Part shown: in pieces, positions 25,198 through 34,315 of the stretch
How the letters are laid out: every line of letters starts with the position of its first letter
Position numbering within the stretch: position 1 is the stretch's first letter
From: Candidatus Dormiibacterota bacterium
Lineage (GTDB): Bacteria > Patescibacteriota > Saccharimonadia > Saccharimonadales > UBA4665
NCBI GenBank assembly: GCA_035534895.1
Contig: DATLRC010000006.1
Location: 11,983-75,982 of the forward strand
Length of the DNA stretch: 64,000 bases
Direction: 5' to 3'
The notes under the pieces: generated by a model
What the model saw: only the letters and a program-made list of their open reading frames with translations
Databases searched by the model: none
Told to the model about the DNA's origin: nothing
Position numbers and translations under genes: made by a program

Positions 25198-27147
25198 ATG
25201 GGTCGACCAGTAGTACTTAGTAATGGGCAGTTGTTCGTCGGACTCGACGAAAATGGGCTGGTTCATGATTTCTACTATCCTTATGTGGGATTGGACAACT
25301 TAACAAATGCCCGTAGCTCACAACACAAGATAGGTCTTTGGGTTGATGGTAAATTCCATTGGACTGATGATCAAACTTGGGATATTAAGCTAGATTTTGA
25401 AGATGAGGCCTTGATTAGCAGTCTGACAATGCAGCAGACCGACTTGAAAATTCTGCTTCAATTTCAAGATTTTGTTGATCCAGTTTATAACACTCTGGTC
25501 CGCCAAGTGACTGTCACTAATCAAAGCGACAAAGAGCGGGACATACGAATTTTTATGCACCAGGTTTTTCAGATCGGACGGGCTGGCAGAGCTGATACGG
25601 CTATGTATGTGCCAGACGACCACTATTTATTAGATTACAAAGGGCGTTGTTGTTTGTTGATTGCCGGGAAATTTGAGGATGGAACCGATTTTGACCAGTA
25701 CGCTGTTGGTAGTTATGGTGTCGAGGATAAGGTCGGTACATTTGTTGACGCCGAAGATGGAGAGTTATCTGGTAATCCCGTAGAACATGGTGGAGTAGAC
25801 AGTGTTCTGCGTTTCCGCAAGCAACTGTCTGCCGAACAGTCAGTCAAGTTTTACTATTGGATTGTGGCTGCTGACAGCCAGTCAGACGCTCAGGTGATCC
25901 ACAGTCGCCTTAAATACTACCCACTAGCTGATCGCCTCACTGAAACGCGCCGACACTGGCAAGCTTGGCTGTCACCGGCTAGATCAAGTCTTCAAGGTTT
26001 ATCCGATGAACATAATAAGATTGTCACGAAAAGCTTATTGATTATTAAAGCTCATTGTGATGAGCGGGGTTCAATTCTTGCCAGCGGTGATTCAAGCATT
26101 TTTAATTATGGACGAGACTACTATTGTTATTGTTGGCCACGTGATGCTGCTTTCGCTATCTGGCCACTGATAAGACTTGGCATTTTTGAAGAAGCTCGCA
26201 AGTTTTTTGCTTTCGCTCGTGATACTTTACACCGAGACGGCTATCTTATGCACAAGTACCAACCAGACCGAGCAATTGGCAGCACCTGGCATCCCTTAAT
26301 TCACGGACGGAATAAAGAGTTGGCCATTCAAGAGGACGAAACAGCCATAGTCTTATTTATGCTTGGTGAATATTATCGTTTTAGCAAGGATACTACTTTC
26401 ATTGAAAATTATTATGAGAGTTTTATTGCCCCAGCTGCACATTTTATTAGTAATTTTATTGATCCGCAGACGGGGCTTCCTCATGCAAGTTATGATCTAT
26501 GGGAAGAACGATTCCTGACCAATACATATACAGTCAGCTGTGTTATTGCTGGCTTAGATAAAGCAAGTCAGTTTGCCGAGCTGACTAATCATCCAGAAGA
26601 CGCGGCTCACTGGCGCAAGTCGGCTGAAATGATTCGTAGCAAACTAGATACCTTTATGCATCCCGATGGTTTCTTCTGTAAGGGGTTTTTGTTAGAAACT
26701 GACGGTACGCTGAAAGCAGACGATGCACTTGATATATCTAGTCTCTACGGACCATATATGTTTGCTGGCTTGGACTTAAGTGACGCTCGACTTACAAGTA
26801 CTTTTGAGCAAGTCGCCAAGCGTCTAGAGAACAGTGGTCCAATCGGTGGAATCATTCGCTATGAGGGTGACAGCTACTTTCTTGACAAGAAACAGTATAA
26901 AGGTAATCCGTGGATAATATGTAGTCTTTGGATGGCACAATACCTTAATGCTACGAATAGGCCTCTAGAGGCCCAAAAACTTCTAAAATGGGCAATCGAC
27001 AGACAACTACCAAGCGGTGCCTTGAGCGAACAATTCGATCCAGACACTGGCAAGGCGGTTAGTGTGACGCCACTAGTTTGGAGCCATGCTGAGATGGTCA
27101 ATACCATATTGGACCTTACTAACTCAAGTCAATCTAAAACTGTCTAG
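25198..27147 (+). CDS. Glycoside hydrolase family 15 protein (glucoamylase/glucodextranase-like)
   Basis: YCWPRDAAF and YDLWEER motifs with an (alpha/alpha)6-type C-terminal half. I chose the ATG at 25198, 4 nt after the GH57 stop, instead of the TTG at 25168. Confidence 0.82.
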   Translation: MGRPVVLSNGQLFVGLDENGLVHDFYYPYVGLDNLTNARSSQHKIGLWVDGKFHWTDDQTWDIKLDFEDEALISSLTMQQTDLKILLQFQDFVDPVYNTLVRQVTVTNQSDKERDIRIFMHQVFQIGRAGRADTAMYVPDDHYLLDYKGRCCLLIAGKFEDGTDFDQYAVGSYGVEDKVGTFVDAEDGELSGNPVEHGGVDSVLRFRKQLSAEQSVKFYYWIVAADSQSDAQVIHSRLKYYPLADRLTETRRHWQAWLSPARSSLQGLSDEHNKIVTKSLLIIKAHCDERGSILASGDSSIFNYGRDYYCYCWPRDAAFAIWPLIRLGIFEEARKFFAFARDTLHRDGYLMHKYQPDRAIGSTWHPLIHGRNKELAIQEDETAIVLFMLGEYYRFSKDTTFIENYYESFIAPAAHFISNFIDPQTGLPHASYDLWEERFLTNTYTVSCVIAGLDKASQFAELTNHPEDAAHWRKSAEMIRSKLDTFMHPDGFFCKGFLLETDGTLKADDALDISSLYGPYMFAGLDLSDARLTSTFEQVAKRLENSGPIGGIIRYEGDSYFLDKKQYKGNPWIICSLWMAQYLNATNRPLEAQKLLKWAIDRQLPSGALSEQFDPDTGKAVSVTPLVWSHAEMVNTILDLTNSSQSKTV

Positions 27148-27155
27148 ACAGCTGT

Positions 27156-27359
27156 CTATTTCTTGGGCTTGACTTCGTTGCGACCAAGACTTTTTTTTGT
27201 TTCTGTAAATATGACGTGTTTTCTAAGAGCAGGGCTATATTTACGTAAGCTAAGTTTATCGGGTGTGTTCAGGCTATTTTTAGACGTGTAGTAAATACGC
27301 TCGCCAGACTCTTCACTGACCATACCGATAATTTTTCGTTTATCACCTTTTTTAGCCAT
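27156..27359 (-). CDS. rpmG: 50S ribosomal protein bL33 (Cys-less form, with a C-terminal tail)
   Basis: [33 protein letters not shown] matches the L33 core. All four zinc-ligand positions are non-Cys. Confidence 0.9.
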   Translation of the reverse strand: MAKKGDKRKIIGMVSEESGERIYYTSKNSLNTPDKLSLRKYSPALRKHVIFTETKKSLGRNEVKPKK

Positions 27360-27369
27360 AGTAATGATG

Positions 27370-27397
27370 ATTTTAACAGATCAGTGGATAAATGCAA
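27370..27397 (-). promoter_or_regulatory. Candidate promoter of rpmG, giving a near-leaderless mRNA
   Basis: Minus strand reads TTGCAT (27392-27397), a 16-nt spacer, then TAAAAT (27370-27375). Only 10 nt separate the -10 box from the ATG, and there is no Shine-Dalgarno. Confidence 0.4.
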
Positions 27398-27569
27398 AAT
27401 TGTGGTAGCGGTTGAAATTAAAACCCCACCGCGTTTGGGTGGAGTTTAGTGCTCGTACTTATATGTATCCGTTTACCGGAGGCCTAAAGCCTATGCACTG
27501 TTGTTAGTTAAGCAAACTATAAACTTTCGCGCTGTGACTATTTTAATAGACAGTCATGCTTATACTTTT

Positions 27570-27644
<75 letters not shown>

Positions 27645-27708
27645 AAAATTTGATGTCTGCTCGATGAACAAGGTGCTGTTTATTGTTAGCTTAGCACTCA
27701 GATATAGC

Positions 27709-27794
27709 TGGTGCAGGGAGAGGGATTCGAACCCCCGAAGGCGAAAGCCAGATGATTTACAGTCACCCGTGTTTGACCGCTTCACTATCCCTGC
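27709..27794 (-). tRNA. trnY: tRNA-Tyr (anticodon GTA), long variable arm, 3' CCA encoded
   Basis: Reverse complement is GCAGGGATAGTGAAGCGGTCAAACACGGGTGACTGTAAATCA..., with a long variable arm, GGGGGTTCGAATCCCTC T-arm and acceptor 3' end TCCCTGCACCA. Confidence 0.88.
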
Positions 27795-27827
27795 ATTATC
27801 CGGACTCTGGTTATCAGGGTCCCATTC

Positions 27828-27903
27828 TGGAGCCGATGGAGGGATTCGAACCCACGACCCGCTGTTTACAAAACAGCCGCTCTAGCCACTGAGCTACATC
27901 GGC
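27828..27903 (-). tRNA. trnT: tRNA-Thr (anticodon TGT), 3' CCA encoded
   Basis: Reverse complement is GCCGATGTAGCTCAGTGGCTAGAGCG-GCTGT-TTTGTAA-ACAGC...GGGTTCGAATCCC...ATCGGCTCCA. Confidence 0.9.
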
Positions 27904-27939
27904 AATAAAAATACAGAGGTTAGTGTATCAAAACAGGGG

Positions 27940-28593
27940 TTAAACTACAACCCGACGTGGACGTAAAATACGTTTAGGGCGTCCGGACGAAACTGCCATT
28001 TTCTTTAGCTTATCCTCTATTAAATCAGCTTCTTGGGACATGTCATGAGATCTATATGCTTTGAGCAAAAGATTGAATATTTCTTTGCTAGGTTCTAGCT
28101 GAGAAGCTTTTAGGAGTTCATTAAACATCATTTTGTCATTTCCCAACTTTTCCTGAACTTTAGCGTAGGCTACATGACGAGCCGCTAGGTTATCCTCCAG
28201 TTTGAGGGCTTGTTCAAAAGCAATAGCTGCTTTTTCGTAATTCTCGGTTTCGTAATAAATCAGCCCTAGGTTGTGGAGGCTTGATGCTGTTGCTTCAACA
28301 CTAGAGGCAATTTCAAAACAATCAATTGCATCTCGATATTCTTTTTGTTTTGCATATAAAATACCCAGCCGATTATAGGCAGCTGCGTTTTTTTCGTCAA
28401 TTTTGAGAATTGTTAGTAAGGCTTTCTCGGCTCTTAAAAAACGATTATCTCGCATACCCTGGTGGGCAATATCCCATAACTTGCCGAGTCTCTCACCTAC
28501 ACGTCTAGAAACATTAGCCAACTCATCGTTGTGTACCTTGGCATGGTGATACGCTAATGCACCAAACCCTCCGACAATCAACAGTTCAAACAT
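27940..28593 (-). CDS. Tetratricopeptide-repeat protein with an N-terminal membrane anchor
   Basis: Repeated TPR-like units (AAYNRLGILYAKQKEYRDAIDCFE, SLHNLGLIYYETENYEKAAIAFEQAL) and a hydrophobic N-terminus. Confidence 0.75.
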   Translation of the reverse strand: MFELLIVGGFGALAYHHAKVHNDELANVSRRVGERLGKLWDIAHQGMRDNRFLRAEKALLTILKIDEKNAAAYNRLGILYAKQKEYRDAIDCFEIASSVEATASSLHNLGLIYYETENYEKAAIAFEQALKLEDNLAARHVAYAKVQEKLGNDKMMFNELLKASQLEPSKEIFNLLLKAYRSHDMSQEADLIEDKLKKMAVSSGRPKRILRPRRVVV

Positions 28594-28617
28594 CTAGATC
28601 TAGATTATAGCAAATTT

Positions 28618-29481
28618 TTAGATGCCAAGCATTAAACTAGTCAGTAAAAGCTTTGGTTGGGCGTTAGCCAGAAGTTGCCTTCTTGCCTCATAGGATGATG
28701 TCAGGACTCTGTACCAGCGCAGAAAAGTTGTATCAGTAGCTTTTAAAAGTCCAAGCTGTGCCATTTGGCCAAGAATGGTACAAAGGTCTTCAATCAGGTC
28801 GGGCTCTTTAGCAATATCCTCAACGAAGTTTAACCGCTCATATGGCTCTTTGCTTAGTATCAGCCTAGCTAGTTCGGTAGCTTTAGCAAGTGGGTGCACA
28901 CTATCTGAGTCGAGCAATGAAGTTGCTAAACCGATAGAGCGGTTGCTTATAGCCAGGGCAAGTCTGATTTTATCAGGGGGCTGTCCCTTGTCCAGAAAGT
29001 GTTTTTCAAGTTGTTGATTTGAGGGTCGTCTAAGAGCAATTATCATAACTCTTGAGCGTATCGTTGGTAGAAGTGTTTGTTGGGTTGAAGCAGTCATAAT
29101 GACTATGCTACCTTTTGTAGGTTCTTCTAAGATTTTGAGCAAGGCATTTTGGGCTTCAGTAGTCATTTTATGAGCATCTTTAATAATCACCAAGCGCGTG
29201 ATTATGCCTTCAGTAGGCGTACGCAATGACAAAAAGTGCTTTAGTTGACGTATAGCATCAATACCAATAGTTTGTTGCGCGTCTGGTTGAGCAACTGTTA
29301 GATAAGGATAGTGCTTCAATTGGTCGGTCGTTTTTTTGACTAATTGAGCTGCCAGTTCATTGGCAAGATAAGACTTTCCACTTCCCTGGGCGCCAACAAG
29401 CAGTAAAGGCTGGGTCGGTGTCAGTAGGTATTTTTCTAATTCATGTTTTGTAAGACTGTTTAGGACTAGGTTATTTGTCAT
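28618..29481 (-). CDS. holB: DNA polymerase III subunit delta'
   Basis: Walker A GAQGSGKS, the clamp-loader motifs AQNALLKILEEP and TIRSRV, and a typical length. Confidence 0.85.
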   Translation of the reverse strand: MTNNLVLNSLTKHELEKYLLTPTQPLLLVGAQGSGKSYLANELAAQLVKKTTDQLKHYPYLTVAQPDAQQTIGIDAIRQLKHFLSLRTPTEGIITRLVIIKDAHKMTTEAQNALLKILEEPTKGSIVIMTASTQQTLLPTIRSRVMIIALRRPSNQQLEKHFLDKGQPPDKIRLALAISNRSIGLATSLLDSDSVHPLAKATELARLILSKEPYERLNFVEDIAKEPDLIEDLCTILGQMAQLGLLKATDTTFLRWYRVLTSSYEARRQLLANAQPKLLLTSLMLGI

Positions 29482-29482
29482 C

Positions 29483-30340
29483 TCATTCTTGCCTTAATGC
29501 TTTCTTGAAACTACTTGGCAGGGGTGCCGTAAACAACTGACGTTTCCCACTAGGTAAACATATTTCAAGGCTTAGTGCATGTAAGAAAAGTCGACTAGCT
29601 GGTTTTCCGCCATAGAGTTGATCACCGAGGATCGGATGACCAAGTTGATGCATGTGTACTCTCAGTTGATGAGTGCGCCCGGTTTGAGGAATAAGCTCCA
29701 CCAAACTAAGTTTAGGGGTCGTTTCTAGTACCTGATAGTCAGTTAGAGCTGATTTGCCATTGATGCCAACCCTGAAGCTATGAGGCTTTTTAGGATTGCG
29801 TTCAAGAGGCATGTCAATTAAGGCCTGTTGATTTTTAAGTTGCCCCTCAATAATAGCCATGTAAACTTTTTTGACCTGTCGACGGGCAAATTGCTTCTGA
29901 AGCCACAGAGAAGCTTGAGCTGTTTTGGCACAAATCATAACCCCAGAAGTTGCACGGTCCAGTCGATGAACTATTCCAGCACGATCACCACTCAGGCCAC
30001 TAAGATGCTGGCTTAACCAACTGGCTATCGTGGGCTCTGGATTAAAGGCTCCTTTGCTGTGGCTTAAAAGACCGTCTGGTTTATTGATTACCAGACAATC
30101 GTCATCTTGGTATAAAATTGGTATTTTAACTGACGGTAACGCAGTTTGCTGTTCCGCGTCGTAGTCGACTTCAACAATGTCATCTGGACGTAGCTTGTAA
30201 CCTGTTTTTAAGAAAACAGTCTTGTTTAGTTTAACCTTCCCCGATTCAACTAATTTTTCTGCAAATGCACGGCTAATCGACGGTTGCAATTCAACAACTT
30301 TTTGATCAAGGCGCTGGTTTCTTGGTGCCAGCTTATCCAT
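29483..30340 (-). CDS. RluA-family pseudouridine synthase (RluD-like, with an N-terminal S4 domain)
   Basis: Catalytic motif HRLDRATSGVM and RTHQLRVH. S4-like N-terminus. Confidence 0.88.
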   Translation of the reverse strand: MDKLAPRNQRLDQKVVELQPSISRAFAEKLVESGKVKLNKTVFLKTGYKLRPDDIVEVDYDAEQQTALPSVKIPILYQDDDCLVINKPDGLLSHSKGAFNPEPTIASWLSQHLSGLSGDRAGIVHRLDRATSGVMICAKTAQASLWLQKQFARRQVKKVYMAIIEGQLKNQQALIDMPLERNPKKPHSFRVGINGKSALTDYQVLETTPKLSLVELIPQTGRTHQLRVHMHQLGHPILGDQLYGGKPASRLFLHALSLEICLPSGKRQLFTAPLPSSFKKALRQE

Positions 30341-31370
30341 TAGATCGCAGGCCGACTGCTTGTTGAACTTTCTCTAGCACATCGTTTGCTTGATGATTCA
30401 TGCTTAGTTCAGACATCTTCAATTTTTTGAGAAGTTCATGTTCGTCAATGGCCTTAACACTAGATTGAAAATCAGTCAAAAATTGCGTAACGGCCGTAGA
30501 GACTACCGTTTTTAATTGGCCATAACTAGTTTTACCTTCCCAGAAACTAGCCACTTCTTTTAAATCCTTCCCTTGCAATAAGCTCAATATTTGTAATAAA
30601 TTACTGATGGCCGGTTGTTTTTCGAAATCTAACTTTATGCAGTTCAAGGAATCGGTTGTGGCGCCCATAATTTTGCGGGCTGCTTGATCTGGTGAGTCAC
30701 CTAAGAAAATTACACCTCTGGGTTGGCTATCACTTTTGCTCATTTTGGTTGTTGGATTGACCAGATCTTTTATTCGTAGACCGGAGTCGTTTCCAAAAAA
30801 CTTATGTTGTTCGTTAACAGGTTTAGGAACAGTAAATAGTTCTCCGAAGCGTCCATTCATTCTGATTGCTAAGTCACGTGTAAATTCAAGATGTTGACTT
30901 TGATCATCGCCAACTGGGACATATGTTGCGTTATAGAGTAGAATGTCGGCTGCCATTAGGACAGGATAGTTAAGCAGGCCGATGGTTGCTCTTTCTTTTC
31001 CAAGAGTGGTTGATTTGTCATTAAAGTGGGTTGTCCGGCTCATTTCGCCAACACCTGTAAAACAGTCTAGTATCCATGTTAGTTCACTGTGTGCTGGTAT
31101 GAAACTCTGGCGATATAGGTATAGGTCTGGGTCCCCGAGGTCAAGACCGGCGGCCACGAACAATTTTATGTTATTGAGGGTCTGGGCATATAACAAGTGG
31201 TGATCTACCGGAGTTGTAAAACTATGTAGGTCGGGTACAAATAGGTTGATCTGATATTTACCTGCCTTACGTTTTGACATTTCAATAATTGGCAAAAGAG
31301 CGCCAAAATAGTTCCCCAGGTGTAGATCATTATTAGCCCGTAGCCCCGTTAAAATTACCGGTTTAGTCAT
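30333..31370 (-). CDS. trpS: Tryptophan--tRNA ligase
   Basis: HIGH-type motif (DLHLGNYFG) and KMSKS (TKMSKSD). Size and pattern are those of class I TrpRS. Confidence 0.92.
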   Translation of the reverse strand: MTKPVILTGLRANNDLHLGNYFGALLPIIEMSKRKAGKYQINLFVPDLHSFTTPVDHHLLYAQTLNNIKLFVAAGLDLGDPDLYLYRQSFIPAHSELTWILDCFTGVGEMSRTTHFNDKSTTLGKERATIGLLNYPVLMAADILLYNATYVPVGDDQSQHLEFTRDLAIRMNGRFGELFTVPKPVNEQHKFFGNDSGLRIKDLVNPTTKMSKSDSQPRGVIFLGDSPDQAARKIMGATTDSLNCIKLDFEKQPAISNLLQILSLLQGKDLKEVASFWEGKTSYGQLKTVVSTAVTQFLTDFQSSVKAIDEHELLKKLKMSELSMNHQANDVLEKVQQAVGLRSNG

Positions 31371-31459
31371 TGATTCTAATTATACATTATGATCATTAAG
31401 GTCTAGCGTCAAAAGTATAACGTTAAGCTGCTTAAGGACGATGTTTGGTGGTGATTGAG

Positions 31460-31858
31460 TTAACGCTTTGTAAATTGCCGTTGCTTTCGTGCGCCACGTA
31501 AGCCAAACTTTTTGCGCTCTTTGTCTCTAGGATCACGACTAAGTAAATCAGCTCGTTTAAGAGTGCTTCTGAGCTCTTCATTCATGGTGCTAAGAGCCTT
31601 GGCGATTCCTAATTGAATTGCCTCAGCTTGTGCGTCATGGCCACCGCCTGACACGACACTCGTGACGCTATGTTTATTAACTTGGTCGAGAACACTAAAT
31701 GGTTGTTGTAGTTTGGCTAATAAATACTTACTGTCTGCAAAGTATTGAGTAGCTGGTTTTCCGTTAATTATAATCTCGCCTTTGCCGCTTTGGAGACGAA
31801 TGCGGGCAGTTGCACTCTTGCGACGCCCTAGGGCATAAAAGTAGTTGTTCTTGGTCAT
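31460..31858 (-). CDS. rpsI: 30S ribosomal protein uS9
   Basis: GRRKSATARIRL near the N-terminus and the C-terminal ARKQRQFTKR. Confidence 0.96.
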   Translation of the reverse strand: MTKNNYFYALGRRKSATARIRLQSGKGEIIINGKPATQYFADSKYLLAKLQQPFSVLDQVNKHSVTSVVSGGGHDAQAEAIQLGIAKALSTMNEELRSTLKRADLLSRDPRDKERKKFGLRGARKQRQFTKR

Positions 31859-32298
31859 TAGTTATGATTCCTTAAAGAAAGTGTGATTGGTTTTTGGGCT
31901 TCATGATTGTGATCGGCCTCTGCGTAGACTTTTAATCGCTCTAGTCTTCCGTCACGCAGTTTATTGACTGGCAGCATGCCTCGAATAGCATGAACAATAA
32001 CTTTTGACGGATCGTTATTCATCTGTTCTGCTAAACTAATTGTCTTAAGCCCTCCGGGATAACCGCTGTGCCGATAATAAAACTTTTGTTTCAACTTGTC
32101 GCCGGTAACTTTCATGTTTTTAGCGTTAGTCACTATAACATAATCGCCGCAGTCAATATGATGCGTAAATTGAGGCTTGCCTTTGCCAGTTAATAAAGTT
32201 GCTACTTTAGTCGCTAACCTCCCTAGTGAGTCTTCAGAGGCATCAATAACGTACCATTTGCGTTGAACATCACTGGGTTTTGCGCTGTAAGTTTTCAT
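31858..32298 (-). CDS. rplM: 50S ribosomal protein uL13
   Basis: RKWYVIDASEDSLGRLATKVATLLTGK is canonical L13. rplM-rpsI pair. Confidence 0.96.
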   Translation of the reverse strand: MKTYSAKPSDVQRKWYVIDASEDSLGRLATKVATLLTGKGKPQFTHHIDCGDYVIVTNAKNMKVTGDKLKQKFYYRHSGYPGGLKTISLAEQMNNDPSKVIVHAIRGMLPVNKLRDGRLERLKVYAEADHNHEAQKPITLSLRNHN

Positions 32299-32717
32299 TT
32301 TTTGGTCTCCTTCGTGGGAGTTTCAGCTTTTGGCGTCTCAGTAATTGGGCTTTTTTTAAGATCATCTACAAAGCTAACACGTGCTAAAGCAGCATTATCG
32401 CCACGGCGGAAAGTTGTTTTTTCAATTCTTAGATGTCCGCTGTTTCTTGATCTAAGTTTTGGTGCCAACTCATCAACCAACTTGTGGGCACTTTGAACAG
32501 TTTGTAATCCGGACAAAACCTGGCGTCGATTATGCAAATCAGCTTTTTTTGCTTTAGTGATGAGCTTTTCAAGGTAGGGTACCACTTCTCGAGCTTTAGG
32601 AAGTGTCGTTTCAATGGACTCATACTTCACTAGTGAATCAGCCAGACCCTTAATCAATGCTGAACGCTGATCTCGTTCGCGGTGTAGTTTACGTCCTTTG
32701 TATCCGTGACGATGCAT
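32295..32717 (-). CDS. rplQ: 50S ribosomal protein bL17 (Lys/Thr-rich C-terminal tail)
   Basis: MHRHGYKGRKLHRERDQRSAL... is canonical L17. It follows rpoA. Confidence 0.95.
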   Translation of the reverse strand: MHRHGYKGRKLHRERDQRSALIKGLADSLVKYESIETTLPKAREVVPYLEKLITKAKKADLHNRRQVLSGLQTVQSAHKLVDELAPKLRSRNSGHLRIEKTTFRRGDNAALARVSFVDDLKKSPITETPKAETPTKETKK

Positions 32718-32719
32718 GT

Positions 32720-33673
32720 TTAGAGCTCCAACTCCGTCAATTTTTCTTTAACTTCATCCAGAGCCTTGCTGCCAAAGCCTTTCAGGTCTCTTAACTCAGC
32801 TTCATTCAAAGTGAACAGATCCTTAATGGTATGGATATCATTATTAATCAGAGCGTTAGTTGTTCGGGCTGATAGGTTCAGATCTTCAATCGAAGTATTT
32901 AAAACAGCTGACTCGTCACCATTTCCATCTGAATTCAGTGTTGAGTCAATTATTCCATCATCATGGCTAATGGGGTTCATGGCTATTTTAGTCTTACCGG
33001 CTAAAGCAGTATATTGGTTAACCAAAATTGCAGCTGCTTCTTCAAAGGCATCACGTGGTGATATTGAGCCATCACTATCGATTGTTATGACTAGCCTGTC
33101 AAGATCAGTTATTTGGCCAACTCGGGTGTTTTCTACCTTATATCGGACTCTAAGAACAGGACTGAATATGGCATCGAGAGCAATCATGTCACTGGCTTTT
33201 TTGGAAGTGCCTTCTTCAATTGTTCTATAACCACGTCCTACTTCGACGCTTAAATCAGCTACAAATTTAGCTTTTGAATCATCAATTGTGGCAATAACAT
33301 GCTCTGGGTTGACAACTTCTACGTCGGCGTTAAGTTGAATGTCCTTCGCCGTGACTTGTCCCTTGCCTTGTTTGACTATTCGTAAGCTTTGAAGCTCTTC
33401 GCCATAAACTCGGAAGCGAACACCTTTAAGATTGAGCATTATGTCAACTACGTCTTCTTTGACTCCGGGTACAGTTGTAAACTCGTGGGTTGTACCCTCA
33501 ATTTTAAATGCTGTAACAGCTGCTCCGGAAATACTTGAAAGTAAGACCCTTCGCAATGAGTTACCTAATGTCATGCCGTAGCCGCTATGCAGTGGCTCAA
33601 CTACGAATGTTGCGCTGGTGTCGCTATGGTCGTCAACATTGACAACTCCAGGTGTGTGAATAATATTTGGCAT
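32720..33673 (-). CDS. rpoA: DNA-directed RNA polymerase subunit alpha
   Basis: The N-terminal domain contains GNSLRRVLLSSI. The C-terminal domain contains LNLSARTTNALINNDIHTIKDL. Confidence 0.96.
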   Translation of the reverse strand: MPNIIHTPGVVNVDDHSDTSATFVVEPLHSGYGMTLGNSLRRVLLSSISGAAVTAFKIEGTTHEFTTVPGVKEDVVDIMLNLKGVRFRVYGEELQSLRIVKQGKGQVTAKDIQLNADVEVVNPEHVIATIDDSKAKFVADLSVEVGRGYRTIEEGTSKKASDMIALDAIFSPVLRVRYKVENTRVGQITDLDRLVITIDSDGSISPRDAFEEAAAILVNQYTALAGKTKIAMNPISHDDGIIDSTLNSDGNGDESAVLNTSIEDLNLSARTTNALINNDIHTIKDLFTLNEAELRDLKGFGSKALDEVKEKLTELEL

Positions 33674-33692
33674 GCTTTCTCCTCTTACTAAC

Positions 33693-34307
33693 TTAACGTG
33701 AATAGTACTCTACGATTAATTGCTCATTGATATCGGGCTCAGAATCATCTCTTGTGGGTAAACCGACAACATCAAGTTCAATTTTGCTACGATTGATCTT
33801 TAGCCAACCTGGGGTTGCCGGTGGCGCGGGACTTATATCATCAAGTCTCTTGAAATATTCGTTTTTGTGGCTTATTGGTCGTAGAACAATCTTATCACCG
33901 ACTTTTGTACGGATTGATGGGATATCAACCCTCGATGCATTGAGCATAAAATGACCGTGAGTAACAAGTTGACGGGCTGCTTGTCTTGAGGGGGCAAAGC
34001 CAGCTCGATAGATGGCGTTGTCAATGCGTTGTTCCAGAAATGACAGTAACAGCGTTCCGGATTGGCCATGCTTGCGATCTGCTTCTTTCATTAGTTTAGA
34101 AAATTGTCTTTCTAATAATCCGTAAAGTCGTTTAACTTTTTGTTTTTCTCTTAACTGAAGAGAGTACTGGCTGTTTTTCTGTCTGACGTTCCGACCGTGT
34201 TGACCGGGAGGAGCTGAACGTTTAACCAGTGCTTTATGAGCCTTAGGGTGCAGAGCATAGCCTTCGCGTCGACTTCTTTTAACAATTGATTGTGTGTCTC
34301 TTGCCAT
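33693..34307 (-). CDS. rpsD: 30S ribosomal protein uS4
   Basis: Canonical S4 sequence with an S4 RNA-binding domain (RIDNAIYRAGFAPSRQAARQLVTHGH). Confidence 0.96.
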   Translation of the reverse strand: MARDTQSIVKRSRREGYALHPKAHKALVKRSAPPGQHGRNVRQKNSQYSLQLREKQKVKRLYGLLERQFSKLMKEADRKHGQSGTLLLSFLEQRIDNAIYRAGFAPSRQAARQLVTHGHFMLNASRVDIPSIRTKVGDKIVLRPISHKNEYFKRLDDISPAPPATPGWLKINRSKIELDVVGLPTRDDSEPDINEQLIVEYYSR

Positions 34308-34315
34308 ATATACTC

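Noticed and set aside
27426-27442. A short hairpin (CCACC-N7-GGTGG) between the tRNA cluster and rpmG, as a possible terminator.
   Set aside because: The stem is only 5 bp and the U-tract is weak and interrupted. That is too weak to call from sequence alone.
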